This document shows positions 10,445 to 23,050 of a stretch of DNA of 32,000 bases, piece after piece. The notes below the pieces were generated by a model that saw only the letters and a list, made by a program, of their open reading frames with translations, did not search any database and was not told the DNA's origin. The translations under genes were made by a program, and so were the position numbers. The number at the start of each line of letters is the position of its first letter. The first letter of the stretch is position 1. This DNA is from Mycobacterium tuberculosis H37Rv (GTDB lineage: Bacteria; Actinomycetota; Actinomycetes; Mycobacteriales; Mycobacteriaceae). The stretch spans positions 3,660,001 to 3,692,000 of the forward strand of contig NC_000962.3 of NCBI RefSeq assembly GCF_000195955.2. The letters run 5' to 3'.

Positions 10445-11794
10445 TTACGTCACCACCGGTAACGCGCTGCGCACCGCGGCTATCGCGGCGTCGATCTCGG
10501 CGGTTGAAACCGTCAGCGGTGGACGGAATCGCACGGTGTCTGCACCGGCCGGCAACACAATCACCGCACGTTGCCACAGCTGGCGGATCAACTCGTCACG
10601 GTCGGCGGTGGTCGGCAGGCTAAACGCACACATCAGCCCGCGGCCGCGCGGATCGAGAACCACTGCCGGGAAGTCCGCGGCGAGTTCGTCAAGCCGGGCG
10701 CGCAGATACTTACCGTGCTGCACCGCCCGCTCGAACAGGCCCTCGGCTTCGATGACCTCCAAGATGCGGCGGGCGCGCACCATGTCGGTAAGATTGCCAC
10801 CCCATGTCGAGTTGAGCCGTGATGGGACCGCGAACACATTGTCGGCGACCTCGTCCACCCGCCGACCGGCCATCACTCCGCATACCTGCGTCTTCTTGCC
10901 GAACGCCACGATGTCGGGTGCGACATCCAACTGCTGGTATGCCCAGGCGGTTCCGGTCAACCCGCAGCCGGTCTGTACTTCGTCGAAGATCAGCAGTGCA
11001 TCAAACTCGTCGCACAGCTCGCGCATCGCAGCGAAAAACTCCGGGCGGAAATGGCGGTCGCCACCCTCGCCCTGGATGGGTTCGGCCACAAAACACGCGA
11101 TGTCGTGCGGGCGGGTCTCGAATGCCGCGCGGGCCTGGCGTAGCGCCTCGGCCTCTAGCGCGGCCATAGCGGGCTCATCCAGGCCGGGCCGCATGTACGG
11201 CGCATCGATGCGTGGCCAGTCGAATTTCGGGAACCGGGCGGTAATGGTCGGCTTGGTGTTGGTCAGCGACAGGGTATAGCCGCTGCGGCCGTGAAATGCC
11301 CCGCGCAGGTGGAGCACTTGAGTGCCCAGCGCCGGGTCGATCCCATGGGCTTGGTTGTGCCGACTCTTCCAGTCGAACGCGGCTTTGAGCGCGTTCTCCA
11401 CCGCCAGGGCGCCCCCTTCGACGAAGAACAGATGCGGCAGCGCCGGGTCGCCCAAGACACGGGCGAAGGTCTCGACGAAGCGGGCCATCGCCACCGAGTA
11501 CACGTCGGAATTGCTGGGCTTGTTCAGCGCGGCCTGCATGAGTTCGGCATGGAACTCCCGGTCGTCCACCAGCGCCGGGGGATTCATACCCAGTGCCGAG
11601 GAGGCAACGAATGTGAACATGTCCAGGTAGCGCCGACCCGTTATAGCGTCGACCAGATATGAACCGCCCGAACGGGTCAGATCGAGCACTATGTCCAGAC
11701 CGTCGACCAGCATGCTGCGCCCTAGCACCTCATGAACCCGGTCTGGTGTTGTTGGTCTACCGGCAAGAGCGACGGACTTCACGACGGCGGCCAT
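10445..11794 (-). CDS. lat: L-lysine epsilon-aminotransferase (class III PLP aminotransferase)
   Basis: 449-aa ORF with class-III aminotransferase features (FFVEGGALAVENALK, LLIFDEVQTGCGLTGTAWAYQ, FGKKTQVCG with the PLP lysine). The sequence matches my recollection of M. tuberculosis Lat. Confidence 0.93.
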   Translation of the reverse strand: MAAVVKSVALAGRPTTPDRVHEVLGRSMLVDGLDIVLDLTRSGGSYLVDAITGRRYLDMFTFVASSALGMNPPALVDDREFHAELMQAALNKPSNSDVYSVAMARFVETFARVLGDPALPHLFFVEGGALAVENALKAAFDWKSRHNQAHGIDPALGTQVLHLRGAFHGRSGYTLSLTNTKPTITARFPKFDWPRIDAPYMRPGLDEPAMAALEAEALRQARAAFETRPHDIACFVAEPIQGEGGDRHFRPEFFAAMRELCDEFDALLIFDEVQTGCGLTGTAWAYQQLDVAPDIVAFGKKTQVCGVMAGRRVDEVADNVFAVPSRLNSTWGGNLTDMVRARRILEVIEAEGLFERAVQHGKYLRARLDELAADFPAVVLDPRGRGLMCAFSLPTTADRDELIRQLWQRAVIVLPAGADTVRFRPPLTVSTAEIDAAIAAVRSALPVVT

Positions 11795-11844
11795 GACGCT
11801 ATGATAGCAGGATTTACGGAATATTGATATTTATGCTGGAAAAA
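11795..11844 (-). promoter_or_regulatory. AT-rich lat promoter / probable LrpA operator region
   Basis: This 50-bp lrpA-lat gap is ~34% GC by hand count, in a much more GC-rich window. On the minus strand it contains TATCAT followed by 6 nt and then the lat ATG, a leaderless-type -10. It also holds the palindrome AATAT-NN-ATATT at 11820-11831, over the -35 position. Confidence 0.4.
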
Positions 11845-12297
11845 TTATGGTATATGCTGCCTATCGCTGTAAAAAGTGTTCAGAATGATCGTGCTTCGCG
11901 TCCGCACGTTCGCCGTTGTCCGGATCCGTTGCAACAGGTCCTCGAGCGCCCGTGCGGACGCGACGCGCACCAGCAAGACGTAGCTCTCTTCGCCGGCCAC
12001 CGAGTAACAGGACTCGACCTCCTCGATATGTTCTAGGCGCGCGGGGGCATCATCTGGTTGAGACGGATCAAGAGGAGTGATAGCCACGAACGCCGACAAC
12101 AAATGCCCAACCGCCTCGGGATTGATTCGCGCCGAATATCCCTGGACCACACCACGAGACTCCAGCCGGCGCACTCGCGATTGGACCGCCGAGACCGACA
12201 GCCCGGCTCGCGTGGCCAACTCTGACAGCGTCGCACGTCCGTCGGCGGCCAGTTCGCGCACCAGGATCCGATCGATATCGTCGAGCGCCTCGTTCAT
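11845..12297 (-). CDS. lrpA: Lrp/AsnC-family transcriptional regulator
   Basis: 150-aa ORF with an N-terminal HTH (LDDIDRILVRELAADGRATLSELATRAGLSVSAVQSRVRRLE) and a C-terminal RAM/AsnC_trans_reg domain. Confidence 0.9.
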   Translation of the reverse strand: MNEALDDIDRILVRELAADGRATLSELATRAGLSVSAVQSRVRRLESRGVVQGYSARINPEAVGHLLSAFVAITPLDPSQPDDAPARLEHIEEVESCYSVAGEESYVLLVRVASARALEDLLQRIRTTANVRTRSTIILNTFYSDRQHIP

Positions 12298-12327
12298 GGC
12301 CGGAGACTATCGCAACGGCAGTGCCGC

Positions 12328-13575
12328 ATGAGCCGCTCGAAAAGACTGCAGACTGGCCAGCTGCGCGCGCGCTTCGCCGCCGGGTTGTCAGCCATGTACG
12401 CCGCTGAGGTGCCCGCCTACGGCACGCTGGTCGAGGTATGCGCACAAGTCAACTCCGATTACCTGACCCGGCATCGGCGAGCCGAGCGGCTGGGGTCGCT
12501 TCAGCGCGTCACCGCCGAGCGCCACGGCGCCATCCGAGTGGGCAACCCGGCCGAACTCGCTGCGGTCGCCGACCTGTTCGCCGCGTTCGGGATGCTGCCG
12601 GTCGGCTACTACGATCTGCGCACCGCTGAGTCACCAATTCCAGTGGTGTCCACCGCATTTCGCCCAATCGATGCGAACGAGCTGGCACACAACCCGTTTC
12701 GGGTGTTCACCTCGATGCTGGCCATCGAGGATCGGCGGTACTTCGATGCCGACCTACGCACCCGAGTGCAGACCTTCCTCGCGCGCCGGCAACTCTTTGA
12801 CCCCGCGTTGCTCGCCCAGGCGCGGGCAATCGCGGCTGACGGCGGCTGCGATGCCGACGACGCACCGGCTTTCGTCGCCGCGGCGGTGGCCGCGTTTGCG
12901 CTGTCGCGGGAACCGGTCGAGAAATCCTGGTACGACGAGTTGTCCAGGGTGTCGGCGGTGGCCGCTGATATCGCTGGAGTCGGCTCCACACACATCAACC
13001 ATCTGACGCCTCGGGTGCTCGACATAGACGATCTGTACCGTCGGATGACCGAGCGCGGCATCACCATGATCGACACCATCCAAGGCCCTCCCCGCACCGA
13101 CGGACCCGATGTGTTGTTGCGGCAAACCTCATTTCGCGCGCTGGCCGAACCACGCATGTTTCGCGACGAGGACGGTACCGTGACGCCGGGAATCCTGCGG
13201 GTGCGGTTCGGTGAGGTCGAGGCGCGCGGTGTCGCGCTGACCCCGCGAGGGCGCGAACGCTACGAAGCCGCGATGGCGGCCGCAGATCCGGCCGCGGTCT
13301 GGGCCACTCACTTTCCCTCGACGGATGCGGAGATGGCCGCTCAAGGCTTGGCCTACTACCGAGGTGGTGACCCGTCAGCGCCGATCGTCTACGAAGACTT
13401 CCTGCCCGCTTCGGCCGCGGGCATCTTCCGCTCCAACCTGGATCGCGACTCGCAAACCGGTGACGGACCCGACGATGCCGGCTACAACGTCGATTGGTTG
13501 GCCGGGGCAATCGGCCGACACATTCACGACCCGTATGCGCTCTATGACGCGCTCGCCCAGGAGGAGCGGCGCTGA
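12328..13575 (+). CDS. DUF1338 family protein, candidate 2-oxoadipate dioxygenase/decarboxylase (HglS/YdcJ-like; Rv3292-like)
   Basis: 415-aa ORF that starts 30 bp from the divergent lrpA. The motif GSTHINHLTPRVLDIDD, the overall length and the composition match my recollection of the DUF1338 (YdcJ/HglS) family. No HMM search was run. Confidence 0.75.
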   Translation: MSRSKRLQTGQLRARFAAGLSAMYAAEVPAYGTLVEVCAQVNSDYLTRHRRAERLGSLQRVTAERHGAIRVGNPAELAAVADLFAAFGMLPVGYYDLRTAESPIPVVSTAFRPIDANELAHNPFRVFTSMLAIEDRRYFDADLRTRVQTFLARRQLFDPALLAQARAIAADGGCDADDAPAFVAAAVAAFALSREPVEKSWYDELSRVSAVAADIAGVGSTHINHLTPRVLDIDDLYRRMTERGITMIDTIQGPPRTDGPDVLLRQTSFRALAEPRMFRDEDGTVTPGILRVRFGEVEARGVALTPRGRERYEAAMAAADPAAVWATHFPSTDAEMAAQGLAYYRGGDPSAPIVYEDFLPASAAGIFRSNLDRDSQTGDGPDDAGYNVDWLAGAIGRHIHDPYALYDALAQEERR

Positions 13576-13601
13576 TAACCACTGACGCGTTACGAGCCCA
13601 G

Positions 13602-15086
13602 GTGCTCGAAGCCTGCCAAGCGATCGGCGTAACCGCCGCCCTTGGCGAGCCGGGCGAACACAGCCTGCCCGCGAGCACACCGATCACCGGCGACGTGCTG
13701 TTCAGCATCGCACCGACCACCCCGGAGCAGGCCGACCACGCGATCGCCGCGGCGGCCGCAACATTTACGGCATGGCGAAGCACGCCGGCCCCGGTGCGCG
13801 GCGCGCTCGTGGCCCGGCTCGGCGAGCTGCTCACCGCACACCAGCAGGACCTCGCGACACTGGTCACAGTCGAAGTAGGCAAGATCACCGCCGAGGCGCG
13901 CGGCGAAGTGCAGGAAATGATCGACGTCTGCCAGTTCTCGGTGGGTCTGTCACGCCAGCTCTACGGCCGCACCATCGCGTCAGAGCGCGCTGGGCACCGG
14001 CTCCTGGAAACCTGGCATCCGCTGGGAGTGGTGGGCGTGATCACCGCGTTCAACTTCCCGGTCGCGGTCTGGGCGTGGAACACCGCGGTGGCACTGGTCT
14101 GCGGCGACACGGTGGTGTGGAAACCCTCGGAGCTGACGCCGTTGACGGCGCTGGCCTGCCAGGCGCTGCTCAGTCGGGCCGCCGCTGATGTCGGCGCGCC
14201 GGCCGCGGTGGGCGGCCTGCTGTTGGGCGGCGCCGAGCGTGGTGCGCAACTCGTCGACGACCCGCGGGTTGCGTTGTTGTCGGCGACGGGTTCGGTGCGG
14301 ATGGGCCAGCAGGTCGGTCCACGCGTCGCCCGGCGCTTCGGGCGGGTGCTGCTGGAGTTGGGCGGCAACAACGCGGCCATTGTGGCGCCGTCGGCCGACC
14401 TGGAGCTGGCGGTGCGCGGCATCGTGTTCGCCGCGGCCGGCACCGCAGGTCAGCGCTGCACCAGCCTGCGCCGGCTGATCGTGCACCGCTCGGTGGCTGA
14501 CGATGTGGTGGCACGCGTCGTCGGCGCCTATCGCCAGCTGGCGATCGGTGACCCGTCGGCCCCGGACACGCTGGTAGGCCCACTCATCCACGAGGCCGCC
14601 TACCGCGACATGGTGGCAGCGCTCGAGCGGGCACGCACCGACGGCGGCGAGGTCATCGGCGGTGATCGTCGCGAGGTGGGCTCACCGGGCGCCTACTATG
14701 TCGCGCCCGCTGTGGTCCGAATGCCGTCCCAGACCGCCATCGTGGCGACCGAAACGTTCGCACCAATCCTGTACGTGCTCACCTACGACGACCTCGACGA
14801 GGCGATAGCCCTCAACAACGCGGTACCACAAGGGCTTTCGTCGTCGATCTTCACGACCGACCTGCGTGAGGCCGAGCACTTCCTCGACCAGTCCGACTGC
14901 GGTATCGCCAACGTCAACATCGGGACGTCGGGAGCGGAGATCGGTGGTGCCTTCGGCGGCGAGAAGCAGACCGGCGGCGGCCGCGAGTCCGGGTCCGACG
15001 CGTGGAAGGCCTACATGCGCCGGGCCACCAACACCGTCAACTACTCGAGCGAGCTGCCGCTGGCGCAGGGCGTGAAGTTCGGGTAA
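13602..15086 (+). CDS. pcd: Piperideine-6-carboxylate (alpha-aminoadipic semialdehyde) dehydrogenase, ALDH superfamily
   Basis: 494-aa ORF with an aldehyde dehydrogenase core (FNFPVAVWAWN, WKPSE, catalytic Glu in LELGGNNA, catalytic Cys in AGQRCTSLRR). It sits next to lat. Confidence 0.9.
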   Translation: MLEACQAIGVTAALGEPGEHSLPASTPITGDVLFSIAPTTPEQADHAIAAAAATFTAWRSTPAPVRGALVARLGELLTAHQQDLATLVTVEVGKITAEARGEVQEMIDVCQFSVGLSRQLYGRTIASERAGHRLLETWHPLGVVGVITAFNFPVAVWAWNTAVALVCGDTVVWKPSELTPLTALACQALLSRAAADVGAPAAVGGLLLGGAERGAQLVDDPRVALLSATGSVRMGQQVGPRVARRFGRVLLELGGNNAAIVAPSADLELAVRGIVFAAAGTAGQRCTSLRRLIVHRSVADDVVARVVGAYRQLAIGDPSAPDTLVGPLIHEAAYRDMVAALERARTDGGEVIGGDRREVGSPGAYYVAPAVVRMPSQTAIVATETFAPILYVLTYDDLDEAIALNNAVPQGLSSSIFTTDLREAEHFLDQSDCGIANVNIGTSGAEIGGAFGGEKQTGGGRESGSDAWKAYMRRATNTVNYSSELPLAQGVKFG

Positions 15087-15185
15087 CCATGCCCGTGGGT
15101 GCGTCTGGGCATCATCGACGCGCGCTTGGGGTTGGGCGGGGTGGAATTCATCCATTTCATTCAGTGCCCGTTGCGAATCCCCAAG

Positions 15186-15995
15186 CTACCCCGACGGCGA
15201 CCAGAGGATGTCGATGGGGACGGCGGCGAGGCGGTCGCCGAATGGCTGGGCTTGTGGGCCGGTGTGCAGGATCACGCCGCCGGCGAAGCGTGCGCCGACT
15301 TTGTCGCGGAGTCTGCTGATCGAGCGGGTGTCTCTACCACGGAGGGTTGCCGCCGACTTGATTTCGATCGCGGCAATGAGGCCGTCTGCGGTTTCCAGTA
15401 TGAGGTCTACTTCGGCGCCGTCTCGATCGCGGTAGTGGAACAGTCGAGGTGCCTGTTGCGACCATCCGAGTTGTCGCCGGAGTTCTGCGATCACGAAAGT
15501 TTCGATGATGGCTCCGGCCGCGTTGGGGTTGGCATGTGGACCGGCTCCGGTAGGCGAGACATTGACGAGGCGAGCGGCCAGTCCGGAGTCGAGAAGGAGG
15601 ACTTTCGGTCTATCGACGACCCGCTTGGAAAGGTTGGTCGACCACGCGGGTATGCGGTCGATGAGATACAGGGTCTCGAGGAGGTCGAGGTACGGCGGCA
15701 GGGTACGTACGGGGATTTCGGCGTCGGTAGCTAGGGAGCTCAGGTTAAGTTCGGACGCGCTGCGTGCGGCTAGAAGTCGGATGAGGCGCGGCAGGTCGGC
15801 GATGCGTTGGAGATTGGAGACGTCGGCCGCGTCACGTTTGACGACGCGGTCGACGTTCCTAGCTTTCGCCGATTCGCGACAAAGCCGTCGCCGATACGCG
15901 GCACTATCTTCGCCAATTCGCGGATATCTCCTCACCGATTCGCGATATCTGGCGGAGCCGGTGGTGTCGCAGCAGGGACGTCGGGGCAGACCCAC
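15186..15995 (-). CDS. DUF4143-domain protein lacking the N-terminal AAA ATPase module (probable gene remnant; Rv3294c-like)
   Basis: 269-aa ORF. From about residue 55 onward it resembles the C-terminal two-thirds of AAA_14+DUF4143 proteins (LPRLIRLLAARSASELNLSSLA, TLPPYLDLLETLYLI, PKVLLLDSGLA, a restriction-endonuclease-like tail AEVDLILE...IEIKS). There is no Walker A motif. Only 70 bp separate the ORF start from the divergent tetR gene. Confidence 0.6.
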   Translation of the reverse strand: MGLPRRPCCDTTGSARYRESVRRYPRIGEDSAAYRRRLCRESAKARNVDRVVKRDAADVSNLQRIADLPRLIRLLAARSASELNLSSLATDAEIPVRTLPPYLDLLETLYLIDRIPAWSTNLSKRVVDRPKVLLLDSGLAARLVNVSPTGAGPHANPNAAGAIIETFVIAELRRQLGWSQQAPRLFHYRDRDGAEVDLILETADGLIAAIEIKSAATLRGRDTRSISRLRDKVGARFAGGVILHTGPQAQPFGDRLAAVPIDILWSPSG

Positions 15996-16065
15996 CCCAC
16001 CGAAAGAACCACCACCACCTGCTCGCCTAGCCGAACGTGTGGTCTACGTGAGTAATATCTGTCAC

Positions 16066-16731
16066 ATGGCGACAGCCAGAAGGCGGTTATCCCCGCAGGA
16101 CCGCCGCGCTGAACTGCTCGCTCTGGGGGCGGAGGTCTTTGGGAAGCGGCCTTACGACGAGGTTCGCATCGATGAGATCGCCGAGCGCGCTGGGGTGTCG
16201 CGGGCACTGATGTATCACTACTTCCCGGACAAGCGGGCGTTCTTCGCCGCGGTCGTCAAGGACGAGGCCGACCGGCTGTACGCGGCGACCAACAAGGCGC
16301 CCGCCCCTGGGATGACGATGTTCGAAGAGATACGAACCGGCGTGCTGGCCTATATGGCCTACCACCAACAAAACCCCGAGGCGGCGTGGGCCGCCTACGT
16401 CGGCCTCGGCCGATCGGACCCGGTTCTGCTCGGTATCGACGACGAAGCCAAGAACCGCCAGATGGAACACATCATGTCCCGCATCGCCGAGGTCGTGAGC
16501 GGGATTGACCGCGATAACACCCTGGACCCAGAGGTCGAGCGCGACCTGCGGGTGATCATCCACGGCTGGCTGGCGTTCACCTTCGAGCTGTGTCGTCAGC
16601 GGATCATGGACCCGTCGACCGACGCTGAACGGCTCGCCGATGCTTGCGCACACGCGCTGCTGGACGCCATCTCCCGGCTGCCGCAGATCCCTGCCGAACT
16701 GGCTGACGCGATGGCAACCGCGCGAATGTGA
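16066..16731 (+). CDS. TetR-family transcriptional regulator (Rv3295-like)
   Basis: 221-aa product from ATG 16066 with the HTH YDEVRIDEIAERAGVSRALMYHYFPDKRAFF. TAATAT at 16053-16058 lies 7 nt upstream of the ATG, which is leaderless-type geometry. The 408-aa track ORF is an upstream extension antisense to the neighbouring gene. Confidence 0.88.
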   Translation: MATARRRLSPQDRRAELLALGAEVFGKRPYDEVRIDEIAERAGVSRALMYHYFPDKRAFFAAVVKDEADRLYAATNKAPAPGMTMFEEIRTGVLAYMAYHQQNPEAAWAAYVGLGRSDPVLLGIDDEAKNRQMEHIMSRIAEVVSGIDRDNTLDPEVERDLRVIIHGWLAFTFELCRQRIMDPSTDAERLADACAHALLDAISRLPQIPAELADAMATARM

Positions 16732-16745
16732 GCGGTAGGCGGTTT

Positions 16746-16768
16746 TTGTCGGTGCCTGTTGGCACGAT
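16746..16768 (+). promoter_or_regulatory. RecA-independent DNA-damage (RecA-NDp / PafBC-type) promoter of lhr-nei
   Basis: TTGTCGGTG (16746-16754), then 8 nt, then CACGAT (16763-16768), then 6 nt, then the lhr GTG at 16775. This matches the recalled consensus tTGTCRgtg-N8-TAnnnT except for the first -10 base. The geometry predicts a leaderless transcript. Confidence 0.5.
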
Positions 16769-16774
16769 GGCTAG

Positions 16775-21316
<4,542 letters not shown>

Positions 21317-21319
21317 GCC

Positions 21320-22087
21320 ATGCCCGAGGGCGACACCGTCTGGCACACCGCGGCCACGTTGCGGCGGCATCTGGCCGGTCGCACGTTGACACGTTGCGAC
21401 ATCCGAGTGCCACGGTTTGCCGCCGTCGACCTCACCGGCGAGGTAGTGGACGAGGTGATCAGTCGGGGCAAGCACCTGTTCATCCGAACCGGGACAGCCA
21501 GCATTCATTCGCATCTGCAGATGGACGGCAGCTGGCGGGTCGGCAACAGGCCGGTGCGGGTGGATCATCGGGCGCGAATCATTTTGGAAGCCAACCAGCA
21601 AGAACAGGCCATCCGGGTGGTCGGCGTCGACCTAGGCCTGTTGGAGGTCATCGACCGGCACAACGACGGCGCCGTCGTCGCACACCTAGGACCTGATCTG
21701 CTGGCCGACGATTGGGACCCGCAGCGTGCAGCCGCCAACCTGATCGTTGCCCCGGACCGGCCCATCGCCGAGGCACTGCTCGACCAGCGGGTGCTCGCCG
21801 GGATCGGCAACGTGTATTGCAACGAACTGTGCTTCGTCAGCGGAGTATTGCCGACGGCCCCGGTGAGCGCGGTCGCCGACCCGCGCCGCCTGGTCACCCG
21901 CGCCCGAGACATGCTGTGGGTCAACCGCTTCCGCTGGAATCGGTGCACCACTGGCGATACCCGGGCCGGCCGGCGACTGTGGGTCTACGGGCGGGCCGGG
22001 CAGGGTTGCCGCCGCTGCGGCACGCTCATCGCCTACGACACTACCGACGAGCGGGTGCGGTATTGGTGCCCGGCCTGCCAGCGCTGA
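21320..22087 (+). CDS. nei: Endonuclease VIII (Fpg/Nei family DNA glycosylase/AP lyase)
   Basis: It starts 3 nt after the lhr stop. The N-terminus is MPEGDTV (catalytic Pro2/Glu3), followed by an H2TH region ([20 protein letters not shown]) and a C-terminal zinc finger CRRCG...CPAC. Confidence 0.9.
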
Positions 22088-22109
22088 ACCGGGCGATCAA
22101 AGCCAGCAC

Positions 22110-23024
22110 CTAGTCGCGGCCGTGGGTAGCGAAGAACTGGGCAATGACTTGCGACCCGTCGAACGCGCGCGTGGTCGCCCCGATGACCGCCTTGGGCAGA
22201 TATTGCCTGCCACCCGGCCAGGTATGTCCGCCATTGTCGATCTGGTAGGAGATCACCTCGGTGCCGGCCGCACATGAGCTGGAATCGAAAAGGTGCACCA
22301 TTGTTCCGTCCCCGACGTCAGGCAGCTCCGCCGCCGACGGATCGCCCTGACACCCATCGACCGCCCGCCAGCGATCCACCAAGCTCGCAACCGAGATGGA
22401 ATGGCTGAGCCCGCCGCGACCACGCACCGCCCCGCCGTTGAACGGCACCAGCGGGTCGGCGGTGCCGTGTGCTTCGAGCACCGACACCGGCCGCGACGGA
22501 TTACATGTCACACCCACACCCAGCGTGCCCGCCACCGGCGCGACCGCGGCGAAGATATCGGCACGGTCACACGCCAGCCGGTTGGACATGAAGCCACCGT
22601 TGGACATGCCGGTGGCGAAGACGTGCCCGGGAGCGATGTCGAAGTCGTGCACCAGCTTTGCGGCCAGCGCGACCAAGAACCCAACGTCGTCGAGATGACG
22701 GCGATCCGCCGGCGACGCCCCCCTCCCGTCGGCCCAGCTTTTGTCGTAGCCGTCAGGATAGACAACCAACAAGTCGGCGGCGTCGGCAACAGCGTCGAAA
22801 TCGGTGAGAGCCTCCTGTCCGGCTCCGGTGCCGCCACCACCGTGCAGGCTGATCACCAACCCGGAGGGCTCAGCGGGCGGCACGTGCAAGCGATAACTGC
22901 GGGTCAAGCCCCCGAACTGGAACGTCGCTACCGAACTGGCATGCCTGGCCAGTAGCTGATCACCGCCACACCCGGCCAGGCAAACCATGAGAACGATAAG
23001 CGACAGCATTCGCGCCCACGGCAT
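22110..23024 (-). CDS. lpqC: Secreted lipoprotein esterase (alpha/beta hydrolase, PHB-depolymerase-like)
   Basis: 304-aa ORF. It has a signal peptide with the lipobox L-A-G-C (residues 16-19) and the nucleophile elbow GMSNGG. Confidence 0.85.
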   Translation of the reverse strand: MPWARMLSLIVLMVCLAGCGGDQLLARHASSVATFQFGGLTRSYRLHVPPAEPSGLVISLHGGGGTGAGQEALTDFDAVADAADLLVVYPDGYDKSWADGRGASPADRRHLDDVGFLVALAAKLVHDFDIAPGHVFATGMSNGGFMSNRLACDRADIFAAVAPVAGTLGVGVTCNPSRPVSVLEAHGTADPLVPFNGGAVRGRGGLSHSISVASLVDRWRAVDGCQGDPSAAELPDVGDGTMVHLFDSSSCAAGTEVISYQIDNGGHTWPGGRQYLPKAVIGATTRAFDGSQVIAQFFATHGRD

Positions 23025-23050
23025 CTCGTCAAGGTACCGATCGCGAGCGC

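Noticed and set aside
10164-11279. A 371-aa plus-strand ORF opposite lat
   Set aside because: It is antisense to a well-supported aminotransferase. The sequence is Ser/Arg/Ala/Pro/Thr-rich low complexity without motifs. It is a high-GC artefact.
15089-15112. Inverted repeat ATGCCC-N12-GGGCAT just after the pcd stop, as a possible terminator. A second inverted repeat, CTTGGGG...CCCCAAG, lies at 15125-15185.
   Set aside because: The first has only a 6-bp stem with a 12-nt loop and no U-tract. The second has 7-bp arms 47 nt apart. Both could be chance in GC-rich DNA. I cannot support a terminator call.
15099-15734. A 211-aa plus-strand ORF opposite the DUF4143 gene, and the 408-aa upstream extension of the tetR ORF (15505-16731)
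   Set aside because: Neither has recognisable domains upstream of the TetR HTH. The DUF4143 similarity is on the other strand. ATG 16066 gives a normal-length TetR protein with promoter-like geometry.
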